Shown here: positions 10,258 to 19,947 of the stretch, piece after piece | Layout: every line of letters begins with the position of its first letter | How positions within the stretch are numbered: the stretch's first letter is position 1 | Assembly (NCBI GenBank): GCA_963827785.1 | Contig: CAWHCT010000020.1 | Coordinates: 180,129 to 244,128 of the forward strand | Reading direction: 5' to 3' | Source: an uncultured Flavobacteriaceae bacterium | GTDB lineage: Bacteria; Bacteroidota; Bacteroidia; Flavobacteriales; Flavobacteriaceae | Length of the DNA stretch: 64,000 nt | Notes under the pieces: generated by a model | Databases searched by the model: none | Told to the model about the DNA's origin: nothing | The model's input: only the letters and a program-made list of their open reading frames with translations | Made by a program: the position numbers and the translations under genes

Positions 10258-11450
10258 CAAAGGGCTCAAAAAAATTAGTCATAGCGTATAGTGGTGGTTT
10301 AGATACTTCTTATTGCGCTGTTAGTTTGTCTAAAGAAGGTTTTGAGGTACACGCTGTAAGTGTTAACACAGGTGGATTCACCAAGGATGAAATTAACAGA
10401 ATTGAGAAAAATGCTTATAAAATGGGTGTTTCAACCTATAAGAATATTGATGCTGTGTCAACTTTTTACCAGAAAGTTATAAAGTATTTGGTGTTCGGAA
10501 ATGTATTAAAAAATAACACGTATCCATTGTCTGTCAGTGCCGAAAGAATCATTCAAGCTATCGAAATTGTTGAATATGCAAAGAGTATTGATGCAAAATA
10601 TATAGCCCATGGTAGTACAGGAGCCGGAAATGATCAGGTACGATTCGATATGATATTTCAAACTCTGGCGCCTGATATCAAGATCATCACACCAATCAGA
10701 GATAAAAAATTATCCAGACAAGAAGAGATCGAATATCTAAAAATGAATGGAATAGACATGTCCTGGGAAAAGGCAAAATATTCGGTTAATAAAGGACTTT
10801 GGGGAACAAGTGTTGGTGGGCAAGAAACTTTAACATCGGACAAGCCATTGCCAAGTGAAGCTTATCCTTCTCAATTAGAACATACTGAAGAGGAAAAAGT
10901 AATATTGACTTTTATTAAAGGTGAATTGTTTGCGGTAAATGGAATAGAAAATAATCCAGAGATCAATATAGAAGTATTGAATAATCTGGCTTCAGCTTAT
11001 GCAATTGGCAGAGATATTCATGTGGGGGATACCATTGTAGGCATAAAAGGCAGAGTAGGTTTTGAAGCCTCTGCGGCTTTAATAATAATAAAAGCGCACC
11101 ATTTATTGGAAAAACATACTTTAACTAAGTGGCAATTACAACATAAGGAATATTTATCCAGTTTTTATGGCATGCACCTTCATGAAGGCCAATACCTTGA
11201 TCCTGTAATGAGAAATATTGAAGCTTTTCTGGACAGCAGCCAGAAACAGGTTTCCGGTGAGGTCATCGTCACTTTAAAACCTTATCATTTTTCGCTTGAT
11301 GGTATTATTTCAGAACACGATCTCATGAAGGCAAAGTTTGGCAGTTACGGTGAGATGAATACAGGTTGGACAGCAGATGAAGCCAAAGGGTTTATTAAGA
11401 TCTTCGGTATGCAAAATAAAATTTATCACCAGGTAAATTCAAAACTATGA
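10242..11450 (+). CDS. argG: argininosuccinate synthase
   Basis: Contains the AYSGGLDTS motif and GSTGAGNDQVRF. The start is uncertain. The ATG at 10197 overlaps the GNAT stop, and the ATG at 10242 lies inside the hairpin repeat. Confidence 0.9.
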   Translation: MSQSDTKGSKKLVIAYSGGLDTSYCAVSLSKEGFEVHAVSVNTGGFTKDEINRIEKNAYKMGVSTYKNIDAVSTFYQKVIKYLVFGNVLKNNTYPLSVSAERIIQAIEIVEYAKSIDAKYIAHGSTGAGNDQVRFDMIFQTLAPDIKIITPIRDKKLSRQEEIEYLKMNGIDMSWEKAKYSVNKGLWGTSVGGQETLTSDKPLPSEAYPSQLEHTEEEKVILTFIKGELFAVNGIENNPEINIEVLNNLASAYAIGRDIHVGDTIVGIKGRVGFEASAALIIIKAHHLLEKHTLTKWQLQHKEYLSSFYGMHLHEGQYLDPVMRNIEAFLDSSQKQVSGEVIVTLKPYHFSLDGIISEHDLMKAKFGSYGEMNTGWTADEAKGFIKIFGMQNKIYHQVNSKL

Positions 11451-12424
11451 TAGAAGCAGGAATAATTGGAGGTGCTGGATATACAGCCGGTGAATTGATC
11501 AGATTGTTAGTACATCATTCCAATATCAATATTAATTTTGTTTACAGTACCTCCAATGCCGGAAACAAAATAAGTGAAATACATCAGGACCTTATTGGTT
11601 CGATTGATCTAAGGTTTACGGATGTTGTTAATCACGACGTTGATGTGGTTTTTTTATGTCTGGGTCATGGTAATTCTAAAGCATTTTTAGAGAAAAATGA
11701 ATTTTCTTTTGAAACCAGGATCATAGATCTAAGCAATGATTTCAGATTGCAGCATCATGAACTCTACCATGGCAACACGTTTGTATATGGACTTCCTGAG
11801 TTACAAAAGGAAAAAATAAGATCAGCAAACCACATTGCAAATCCGGGATGTTTTGCTACGGCAATTCAATTGGCCATTTTGCCAATGGCAGCAAATGGGT
11901 TGTTATATGATGATATTCATGTGAATGCGGTCACAGGTGCAACAGGTGCAGGAACCGGATTATCAAAAACCACACATTTTACATGGAGAGACAATAATTT
12001 TTCCTCTTATAAGCCTTTTACGCATCAGCATTTAGGAGAGATCTATCAAAGTGTGAATCAACTGCAGAAAGTTTTTAAGTCTGAGATCAATTTTATGCCA
12101 AACAGAGGAAATTTTTCGAGAGGAATTTTTGCTACTGTTTATACCAAATATGAAGGTACAGTGGAAGATGCCAAAGCAGTATATAATGAATTTTATAAAG
12201 ATGCTGCTTTCACGTTTGTATCTGATAGCGAAGTGCATTTAAAACAAGTAGTAAATACAAATAAATGTCTCTTGCACTTACATAAACATAACGATAAACT
12301 ATTAATTACCAGTATAATAGACAACCTTTTAAAAGGTGCTTCCGGACAGGCAGTTCAGAATATGAATTTAATGTTTGACTTTGAAGAGACGGAAGGGTTA
12401 AAATTAAAAGCCAACTTCTTTTAA
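11447..12424 (+). CDS. argC: N-acyl-gamma-glutamyl-phosphate reductase
   Basis: 325 aa. Catalytic Cys motif ANPGCFAT. Overlaps the argG stop by 4 nt. Confidence 0.9.
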   Translation: MIEAGIIGGAGYTAGELIRLLVHHSNININFVYSTSNAGNKISEIHQDLIGSIDLRFTDVVNHDVDVVFLCLGHGNSKAFLEKNEFSFETRIIDLSNDFRLQHHELYHGNTFVYGLPELQKEKIRSANHIANPGCFATAIQLAILPMAANGLLYDDIHVNAVTGATGAGTGLSKTTHFTWRDNNFSSYKPFTHQHLGEIYQSVNQLQKVFKSEINFMPNRGNFSRGIFATVYTKYEGTVEDAKAVYNEFYKDAAFTFVSDSEVHLKQVVNTNKCLLHLHKHNDKLLITSIIDNLLKGASGQAVQNMNLMFDFEETEGLKLKANFF

Positions 12425-12436
12425 AAATTAAATTAC

Positions 12437-13237
12437 ATGAAAATAGCAATTATAGGAACCGGAAATTTAGGATGTTCTATCGCAAAAGGACTAATCACTA
12501 CCAATGCAATAACAACTTTGTATTTAACCAAAAGGAATCTTGAAGATATTAGAGATTTTGAAGGTTATAAAAATGTAACCTTAACTAAAGATAATTCTGA
12601 AGCAGCAAAAAATTCAGATATTTTGATTTTTGCGGTACAACCTGCCCACATGGAGAAAATATTAATTGATCTAAAACCAATACTGCATGAAAATCATGTC
12701 CTTATATCTACAATTACAGGATTTTCAATATCGAAGATGGAGAGCATTGTTGGGAAAGATAAATATCTTATAAGAGCCATGCCTAATACAGCTATTGCAG
12801 TGGGAAAATCCATGACCTGTTTATGTAGTAATGAAAAGGGTAATGAGCGGATAAAAGTAGCTCAGGCCATTTTTAACAGACTTGGCACATCTATTTCAAT
12901 TCCTGAAAACCAAATGCAGGCAGCAACTGTAGTTTGTGCCAGTGGAATTGCATTTTGGATGCGTTTGATACGTGCTACGACTCAGGCAGCAATCCAGTTA
13001 GGATTTGATGCAAAAGAAGCACAGGAATTAGCAATGCATACCTGCGAAGGTGCTGCAAGTTTGTTGATAACAACAGGGAATCATCCTGAACAGGAAATTG
13101 ATAAAGTGACCACTCCTAAAGGTTGCACTATTGAGGGTCTTAATGAAATGGAACATAAGGGATTGAGTTCTTCTTTAATTCAGGGAATGGTTTCATCTTT
13201 CAACAAAATCAACAGTATTAAAACCGATCAGTTATGA
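12437..13237 (+). CDS. proC: pyrroline-5-carboxylate reductase
   Basis: 266 aa. IGTGNLG Rossmann fold and a P5CR C-terminal dimerisation region (TTPKGCTIEGL). Confidence 0.85.
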   Translation: MKIAIIGTGNLGCSIAKGLITTNAITTLYLTKRNLEDIRDFEGYKNVTLTKDNSEAAKNSDILIFAVQPAHMEKILIDLKPILHENHVLISTITGFSISKMESIVGKDKYLIRAMPNTAIAVGKSMTCLCSNEKGNERIKVAQAIFNRLGTSISIPENQMQAATVVCASGIAFWMRLIRATTQAAIQLGFDAKEAQELAMHTCEGAASLLITTGNHPEQEIDKVTTPKGCTIEGLNEMEHKGLSSSLIQGMVSSFNKINSIKTDQL

Positions 13238-14361
13238 AACTGTTTGATGTGTATCCATTGTTCGATATTACTCCTGTAAAGGGTAAAGATGTTTATGTGT
13301 TTGATGAGGATAACAATGAATATCTCGATCTGTATGGAGGACATGCGGTTATATCTATTGGACATTCACATCCGGAATACGTAAAAAATATCAGCGAACA
13401 AGTAAGTAAATTAGGATTTTATAGCAATTCTATTCAAAATCCTTTACAAGTTGAATTAGCAAATAAACTCGGAAAACTATCAGGCTGTGATGATTACCAG
13501 TTATTTTTATGCAATTCAGGAGCCGAAGCCAATGAGAACGCACTGAAATTAGCATCTTTTCATACAGGAAAAAAGAAAGTTATTGCATTTTATAATGGAT
13601 TTCATGGAAGAACATCTGCTGCGGTTGCAGCAACAGATAATAAAAAGATTGTTGCGCCTTTAAACGCACAACAGGATGTTGAATTTATCGATTTTGGAGA
13701 TCTAGATTCAGTCGAAAATGCTCTCAGCAAAAATGATGTTTGTGCGGTGATTGTAGAAACCATTCAGGGAATTGGTGGTTTGGATGAGGTTAGCACAGAA
13801 TTCTTAAAAGGTATATCTAGATCATGTAAACAAAATAATGCACTATTGATTGCTGACGAAATTCAATGCGGATTTGGAAGAACAGGTGATTTCTTTGCTT
13901 TTCAAAAACATAGAATCACTCCGGACATTATTTCTATGGCAAAGGGAATGGGTAATGGTTTCCCGATTGGAGGTATTTTAATTCATCCGGAAATTAAGGC
14001 GTCTTTTGGATTATTAGGAACAACTTTTGGGGGAAACCACTTGGCCTGTACAGCATCCATAACGGTTTTGGATGTTCTTGAGAAGGAAAACTTAATGCAG
14101 CACTCAAAAGAAGTCTCAGACTATTTTATAAAAAAAGCCAAAGGATTACCTGAAGTAAAGAAAATAAAAGGAAGAGGTTTAATGCTTGGTTTAGAGTTCA
14201 ATTTTCCCATTGCCGAACTAAGGAAAGCACTCATTAAAAAGCACCGTATTTTTACGGGAAGTGCAAAGAATCCAAATGTTTTGAGAATTCTTCCACCATT
14301 AACCATTCAGAAAAAGCATTTTGATGTATTCTTTGAAGCTTTGAAATCTGAATTATCGTGA
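13234..14361 (+). CDS. argD: acyl-ornithine aminotransferase (class III PLP)
   Basis: 375 aa. Motifs DEIQCGFGRTG and SMAKGMGNGFPIG (PLP lysine region). Confidence 0.88.
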   Translation: MKLFDVYPLFDITPVKGKDVYVFDEDNNEYLDLYGGHAVISIGHSHPEYVKNISEQVSKLGFYSNSIQNPLQVELANKLGKLSGCDDYQLFLCNSGAEANENALKLASFHTGKKKVIAFYNGFHGRTSAAVAATDNKKIVAPLNAQQDVEFIDFGDLDSVENALSKNDVCAVIVETIQGIGGLDEVSTEFLKGISRSCKQNNALLIADEIQCGFGRTGDFFAFQKHRITPDIISMAKGMGNGFPIGGILIHPEIKASFGLLGTTFGGNHLACTASITVLDVLEKENLMQHSKEVSDYFIKKAKGLPEVKKIKGRGLMLGLEFNFPIAELRKALIKKHRIFTGSAKNPNVLRILPPLTIQKKHFDVFFEALKSELS

Positions 14362-14446
14362 AATGAGTCAAATATATTTCTGTTTATGAGACTAAAATTG
14401 AAATGGCGAATTGCATCGGACCTTTAGAAAAAATACTGATTAAAAG

Positions 14447-15382
14447 ATGAAAAAATACACGAATATAAATGATATATCTAATGTTTCTAAACTAATTGAG
14501 GAAGCTATTGAATTAAAGAAAAATCCCTTTCAATTTGAACATTTAGGCAAACATAAAACCTTAATTATGCTGTTCTTTAATTCGAGTTTAAGAACACGTT
14601 TAAGCACAGAAAAAGCAGCAAGGAATTTAGGTATGCAGGTCATGGTGTTGAATGTTAATGATGCCTGGAATTTGGAATATGATGATGGAACCGTCATGAG
14701 TCTGGACAGTGCTGAACATGTTAAAGAAGCAGCCCAAGTATTGTCTCAATATGGAGATATTATTGCGGTTAGAGCATTTCCGGAATTAAAGGATAAGGAT
14801 AAGGATGAATCAGAATTCATGCTCAATAGCTTCATAAAACATGCCACAGTACCCATTGTAAGTATGGAAAGCGCAACAGCACATCCTTTGCAGGCTTTGG
14901 CAGATGCCATGACTATCGAAGAGTTCAAAAATAAAAAGAGACCCAAAGTTGTTATGTCATGGGCTCCTCATCCAAAGGCATTACCTCAGGCAGTTCCCAA
15001 TTCCTTCGTAACCATGATGCATGAATTGGATGTTGATTTTATAATTACACATCCGGAAGGGTATGAATTGAATCATGAGATCACAAAAAGCACTAAGATT
15101 GTTTATGATCAAAATGAAGCCTTGAAAGATGCAGATTTTGTCTATGTAAAGAACTGGAGCAGCTATAAAAAATATGGTCAGATTTTAAGTGAAGACAGCA
15201 ACTGGATGATGACAAAAGAGAAATTGGGAAATGCTAAATTCATGCACTGCTTGCCAGTTAGAAGAAATTTTGTGGTGGAAGACTCTGTTTTGGATAGTGG
15301 CCAGTCTATAGTTATCCAGGAAGCAAATAACAGGACCTATTCCGCTCAAATTATTTTGAAGAAAATATTAGAAAATTTATAG
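14447..15382 (+). CDS. argF': N-acyl-L-ornithine carbamoyltransferase (acetyl- or succinyl-ornithine type)
   Basis: 311 aa. Carbamoyl-phosphate motifs SLRTR, HPLQ and HCLPVRRN. The canonical ornithine-binding DxxxSMG is absent, replaced by VYVKNWSS. This is as in AOTCase/SOTCase. Confidence 0.8.
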   Translation: MKKYTNINDISNVSKLIEEAIELKKNPFQFEHLGKHKTLIMLFFNSSLRTRLSTEKAARNLGMQVMVLNVNDAWNLEYDDGTVMSLDSAEHVKEAAQVLSQYGDIIAVRAFPELKDKDKDESEFMLNSFIKHATVPIVSMESATAHPLQALADAMTIEEFKNKKRPKVVMSWAPHPKALPQAVPNSFVTMMHELDVDFIITHPEGYELNHEITKSTKIVYDQNEALKDADFVYVKNWSSYKKYGQILSEDSNWMMTKEKLGNAKFMHCLPVRRNFVVEDSVLDSGQSIVIQEANNRTYSAQIILKKILENL

Positions 15383-15384
15383 TT

Positions 15385-16161
15385 GTGGAAACGTTAAAAA
15401 TTATCAAAATAGGAGGAAATATCATTGATGATGATAATGTATTGCAGGATTTTTTAGTGAAGTTTGCAAGACTAAAAGGGCCAAAACTATTGGTTCATGG
15501 AGGTGGAAAACTGGCAACCAAATTAGCCAATCAAATGGGAGTTGAGGTAAAAATGACAAATGGCAGACGCATCACAGACGTTAACACTTTGGATATAATC
15601 ACGATGGTATATGCAGGAAAGATCAATAAAAATATAGTTGCTAAATTACAGTCTTTAAGTTGTAATGCAGTTGGATTCTCCGGTGCTGATGGGAATTCTA
15701 TAGTATCTGTAAAAAGACCAGTAAAAGATATAGATTTTGGGTATGTAGGCGATGTTGAGAAAGTGAATACTAAAACCTTGAATGTTTTGCTCAATAACGG
15801 TGTTACGCCTGTTTTCTGCGCCATAACTCACGATGAAAAAGGTCAGCTTTTAAACACGAATGCAGATACAATCGCATCAGAATTAGCCATTGGATTTGCC
15901 AATCAATTTAAAACAGAATTGTATTACTGTTTTGAAAAGAATGGCGTATTGAAAGATGTAAATGATGATAATTCAGTCATTAAAAATATCAATACAAAAA
16001 CCTATCGAACTTTAATTGATGAAGGCATTATCGCAGACGGGATGCTCCCAAAACTAGATAACTGTTTTCATGCCATTGCTAATAAAGTAGAAAAAGTCTG
16101 TATAGGTAAAACAGACATGTTATTTGATAAGAATTCGAATTTTACGACTATTGAAAAATGA
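15385..16161 (+). CDS. argB: acyl-glutamate kinase
   Basis: 258 aa with a GTG start. Amino-acid kinase motifs IKIGGN and VHGGG. Confidence 0.88.
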   Translation: METLKIIKIGGNIIDDDNVLQDFLVKFARLKGPKLLVHGGGKLATKLANQMGVEVKMTNGRRITDVNTLDIITMVYAGKINKNIVAKLQSLSCNAVGFSGADGNSIVSVKRPVKDIDFGYVGDVEKVNTKTLNVLLNNGVTPVFCAITHDEKGQLLNTNADTIASELAIGFANQFKTELYYCFEKNGVLKDVNDDNSVIKNINTKTYRTLIDEGIIADGMLPKLDNCFHAIANKVEKVCIGKTDMLFDKNSNFTTIEK

Positions 16162-17222
16162 AAAAGAAAGAATTAACACAAAATGCTATTGATTTGCTCA
16201 TAAATCTAATTGAGACGCCTTCTTTTTCGTCGGAAGAGGATAGAACAGCAGCATTAATTGAGAAATGGTTCGCTGAATACAAGATTCCGTGTGTTCGAAA
16301 TAAAAATAACGTTTGGGCAACAAATTTGCATTTTGATCAAAGTAAACCAACTTTGTTGTTGAATTCTCATCATGACACTGTTAAACCAAATAATGGGTAC
16401 ACAAAAGATCCGTTTAAAGCAATTGAGGAAGACGGAAAACTATTTGGATTAGGAAGCAATGATGCTGGGGGAAGTTTAGTGTCATTGATTGCCGCCTTCA
16501 CACATTTTTATAACAGAAAGAATCTGGATTATAATCTGGTTTTGGTAGCCTCTGCAGAAGAGGAAAGCAGTGGAGACGATGGATTGAATAGTATGCTTGA
16601 GATTATTCCAAAAATAGACGTAGCAATAGTAGGCGAGCCTACTTTAATGAATTTAGCAATTGCTGAAAAAGGTTTGGTTGTTTTTGATGCCAAAGTAAGT
16701 GGAACACCTGGCCATGCGGCCCATGAAAATAATGATAACGCCATTTATAAGACAATTGACGTTTTAAAATGGTTTAGGGAATATAAATTCCAAAAAAAAT
16801 CACCTGTTTTAGGCGATGTTAAAATGACGGTAACTCAAATTCATGCGGGAAAGCAACATAATGCGGTTCCTGCTGAAGTTGAATTGGTAATTGATGTTCG
16901 TGTAAATGACAGGTACACCAATAAGGAGATAGCTAAGATTTTAAAAGAGAAATCACCATGTACAAGTATTGAACCTCGTAGCTTGCGATTGAACTCTTCA
17001 TCTATACCAATAAGTCATCCTTTGGTAGAAGCAGGAGTTGAGTTAGGTAGAGAAACCTATGGCTCTCCAACTTTGTCTGATCAGGCAGTTTTGACTTGTC
17101 CTTCCCTAAAATTAGGACCTGGAGACAGTACACGTTCGCATACAGCAGATGAATTTATTTATTTGGCTGAAATAGAAGAAGGAATTGATATATATATTAA
17201 GTTGTTGGAGAAAATATTATAG
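16158..17222 (+). CDS. argE: M20 family acyl-ornithine deacylase
   Basis: 354 aa. Metal-ligand motifs NSHHDTV, GSNDAGG and EEES..GEPT. Lies inside the arg operon. Confidence 0.8.
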   Translation: MKKKELTQNAIDLLINLIETPSFSSEEDRTAALIEKWFAEYKIPCVRNKNNVWATNLHFDQSKPTLLLNSHHDTVKPNNGYTKDPFKAIEEDGKLFGLGSNDAGGSLVSLIAAFTHFYNRKNLDYNLVLVASAEEESSGDDGLNSMLEIIPKIDVAIVGEPTLMNLAIAEKGLVVFDAKVSGTPGHAAHENNDNAIYKTIDVLKWFREYKFQKKSPVLGDVKMTVTQIHAGKQHNAVPAEVELVIDVRVNDRYTNKEIAKILKEKSPCTSIEPRSLRLNSSSIPISHPLVEAGVELGRETYGSPTLSDQAVLTCPSLKLGPGDSTRSHTADEFIYLAEIEEGIDIYIKLLEKIL

Positions 17223-17245
17223 AAAAAAGATTGAAGATATGAGAT

Positions 17246-17293
17246 TTTAGTATTGAGATTTAAAATAAAAACTTCTCAATACTCAATACTAAA
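17246..17293 (+). promoter_or_regulatory. inverted repeat with a duplicated right arm, between argE and argH
   Basis: agtattgaga (17249-17258) pairs with tctcaatact (17274-17283). Alternatively tttagtattga pairs with tcaatactaaa (17283-17293). No U-tract follows. Confidence 0.3.
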
Positions 17294-17312
17294 GAATAAA
17301 ATCTAAAAAAAT

Positions 17313-18593
17313 ATGAAACTTTGGGATAAAGGATTTTCGATAGATAAAAAAATAGAGCAATTTACAGTCGGTAATGATCGTGAAATAGATGTGCATATAG
17401 CGAAATATGATATTCAAGCATCTTTAGCACATGCCAGAATGTTACATCATATCAAAATTTTAACTAAAAATGAACTGCAGCAATTAGAAACAGGCTTAAA
17501 TGTATTGCTTCAACAAATTGAAAATGGTACATTCTCTATTGAAGATCAATTTGAAGACGTACATTCTAAAATTGAGTTTGAATTGACGAAACAATTGGGC
17601 AATGTTGGAAAGAAAATCCATACAGCAAGATCTAGAAACGATCAGGTTTTAGTGGCTTTACAATTATATTACAAAGAAAACCTATATGAGATTAATTCTA
17701 AGGTAAAAACCCTGTTTGATACACTCTTAAAATTAGCGGATAGTCACAAAGAAAAATTGCTTCCGGGATATACACATTTGCAAGTTGCTATGCCATCATC
17801 GTTTGGGTTATGGTTTTCGGCTTATGCCGAATTGTTAATTGACGATGTGTATATGTTAAATGCAGTCAGAAAAATAGTAGATCAAAATCCTTTGGGATCT
17901 GCTGCAGGTTATGGCAGTTCATTTCCTATTGACAGAGAATTCACGACCAAAGAACTAAACTTTTCAACCTTAAAATACAATGTTGTAGCTGCTCAATTAA
18001 GCCGGGGAAAAAGCGAAAGAGCTATGGCCAATGCATTAGGAAGCTTATGCAATACATTAGGCAGATTTGCAATGGATATTTGCTTGTATATGAGTCAGAA
18101 TTTTAGCTTTATTAGTTTTCCTGACTCATTGACAACGGGAAGCAGCATTATGCCACATAAAAAAAATCCCGATGTTTTTGAATTGATAAGAGGCAAATGC
18201 AATAAAATTCAGGCATTACATACAGAAATGCTGCTAATAACTAACAATCTGCCAAGTGGTTATCATCGAGATTTTCAGTTATTAAAAGAAAATATGATAA
18301 ATGGCATTGAGGACGTAAAAGACATTTTGGATATCTTCAATTATGCTATACAACAAGTGATTGTAAAGGATATTGATCTAACGGACGAGAAATACAAATA
18401 TCTATTTACAGTAGATAGCATTAATAATCTTGTTGTTGAGGGTTTATCATTTAGAGAAGCCTATCAAGAAATAGGCTCACAAGTGCAAGATGGAACTTAT
18501 AAACCAGATATGAAAAAGCAACATACTCATGCTGGCAGTATTAATAATCTTTGTTTGAATGAGATTAAAGAAAAAATGAATGAGGCTACTTAA
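17313..18593 (+). CDS. argH: argininosuccinate lyase
   Basis: 426 aa. Fumarate-lyase signature GSSIMPHKKNPD and TARSRNDQV. Confidence 0.92.
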   Translation: MKLWDKGFSIDKKIEQFTVGNDREIDVHIAKYDIQASLAHARMLHHIKILTKNELQQLETGLNVLLQQIENGTFSIEDQFEDVHSKIEFELTKQLGNVGKKIHTARSRNDQVLVALQLYYKENLYEINSKVKTLFDTLLKLADSHKEKLLPGYTHLQVAMPSSFGLWFSAYAELLIDDVYMLNAVRKIVDQNPLGSAAGYGSSFPIDREFTTKELNFSTLKYNVVAAQLSRGKSERAMANALGSLCNTLGRFAMDICLYMSQNFSFISFPDSLTTGSSIMPHKKNPDVFELIRGKCNKIQALHTEMLLITNNLPSGYHRDFQLLKENMINGIEDVKDILDIFNYAIQQVIVKDIDLTDEKYKYLFTVDSINNLVVEGLSFREAYQEIGSQVQDGTYKPDMKKQHTHAGSINNLCLNEIKEKMNEAT

Positions 18594-18666
18594 TTACTAA
18601 CAATGATCAATACCTAAGTATAAATTATTAATTACTTTTGCACCTTATTTTTGATACCAATTTTTT

Positions 18667-19443
18667 ATGATTGATTCATTAAAAAAGTTAGATAGATCGG
18701 CGGATGTTTTATTAGAAATTTCTTCAATTTTAATGCAATCCGGAGCAAATACAAGCAGAGTAAATTTAAATATTGACAGGTTTGCATCTGTTTTGGACTG
18801 TTCAGCTTCATGTTTGATAAGTCACAAAACCATTGTGCTTACATTAAGAGAAAATGAAACAGGGTTTAATTATACCAAAACTAAAAGTATTCCTCCATAT
18901 TTATTAAACTTTTCTACCATATCTGCTATTAGTCTGGCCAGTTGGAAAGCAATTGATGAAGATTGGGCTATCGATCAAATTGAAATTGAGATCAATAAAA
19001 TAAAGGGAAATAAACGATTTTCCAGAATTAAAGTTCTGATTGCTGTAAGTTTTGCCGGAGCAGGATTTTGTAACATATTTGGGGGAGATTATATGAACAT
19101 GGCTGTTGCTTTTGTTAGCACATTAGTGGGTTTGTTCATTTTTCAGTTTGCCTCAAAAAAGAAATATAATTTTTATTTACGAGTCTTTTTCGGTTCTTTC
19201 ACTGCTTCCATCTTAGCCTGTCTGGGTATTTTTTTTAATTTGGGAGCCAGCCCGCAAACAGCATTGGCAACATCAATTCTCTTTTTAGTTCCAGGTGTTC
19301 CATTGATCAATTCATTCACTGATTTAATGGATAATAATATTTTAAATGGCTTAGTGAGGTTCTCAGTCGGATTAATGACCGTACTTTTCATAGCACTTGG
19401 TCTTTTTGCAGCAATGGTAATATTTCAATTAAAAATAACATGA
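18667..19443 (+). CDS. threonine/serine exporter family protein (ThrE, DUF1212-type part)
   Basis: 258 aa with multiple TM segments. Paired with a downstream 162-aa partner by a 4-nt overlap, which is the typical split ThrE arrangement. Confidence 0.7.
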   Translation: MIDSLKKLDRSADVLLEISSILMQSGANTSRVNLNIDRFASVLDCSASCLISHKTIVLTLRENETGFNYTKTKSIPPYLLNFSTISAISLASWKAIDEDWAIDQIEIEINKIKGNKRFSRIKVLIAVSFAGAGFCNIFGGDYMNMAVAFVSTLVGLFIFQFASKKKYNFYLRVFFGSFTASILACLGIFFNLGASPQTALATSILFLVPGVPLINSFTDLMDNNILNGLVRFSVGLMTVLFIALGLFAAMVIFQLKIT

Positions 19444-19928
19444 ACGCTATAATATTTGAATTAATTGAACTATCTATTTGGTCTGGAATTGCGGCCGTCG
19501 GATTTGGAGTGTTATTTAATGTTCCAAAAAAATCGATCCTGACCATTTTTATTTTAGGTTTTGGAGCGGGATTGATAAAATTCACCGTGCTGCATTTTGG
19601 TATTAACGTTGTATTCTCTAGTTTTCTAGCTGCATTTTTTGTGGGTCTGATCAGTATGCCAATGGCACATAAGATCCATCAGCCTCCTGTTGTTTTTTCT
19701 ATTCCGACCATTATACCCATGATACCAGGATTTTACGCGTATGAAACTGTGCTTTATATTATGAAATATACTTTGTTAGAGAAGGATCCAATGAAAAAAG
19801 TTGAGTTGATAAATGGGATTTTTTCTAATGGCTTTAACATGGTCTTCATTTTGATCGCTATTACATTAGGAATCACCTTCCCAATGCTTTTGTTAAGAAA
19901 AACTACGGTTAAACGAGTTGATAATTGA
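19440..19928 (+). CDS. threonine/serine exporter family protein (ThrE_2, DUF3815-type part)
   Basis: 162 aa and highly hydrophobic. Translationally coupled to the preceding gene. Confidence 0.7.
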   Translation: MNAIIFELIELSIWSGIAAVGFGVLFNVPKKSILTIFILGFGAGLIKFTVLHFGINVVFSSFLAAFFVGLISMPMAHKIHQPPVVFSIPTIIPMIPGFYAYETVLYIMKYTLLEKDPMKKVELINGIFSNGFNMVFILIAITLGITFPMLLLRKTTVKRVDN

Positions 19929-19947
19929 TTATAAATTGTGACGAAAA

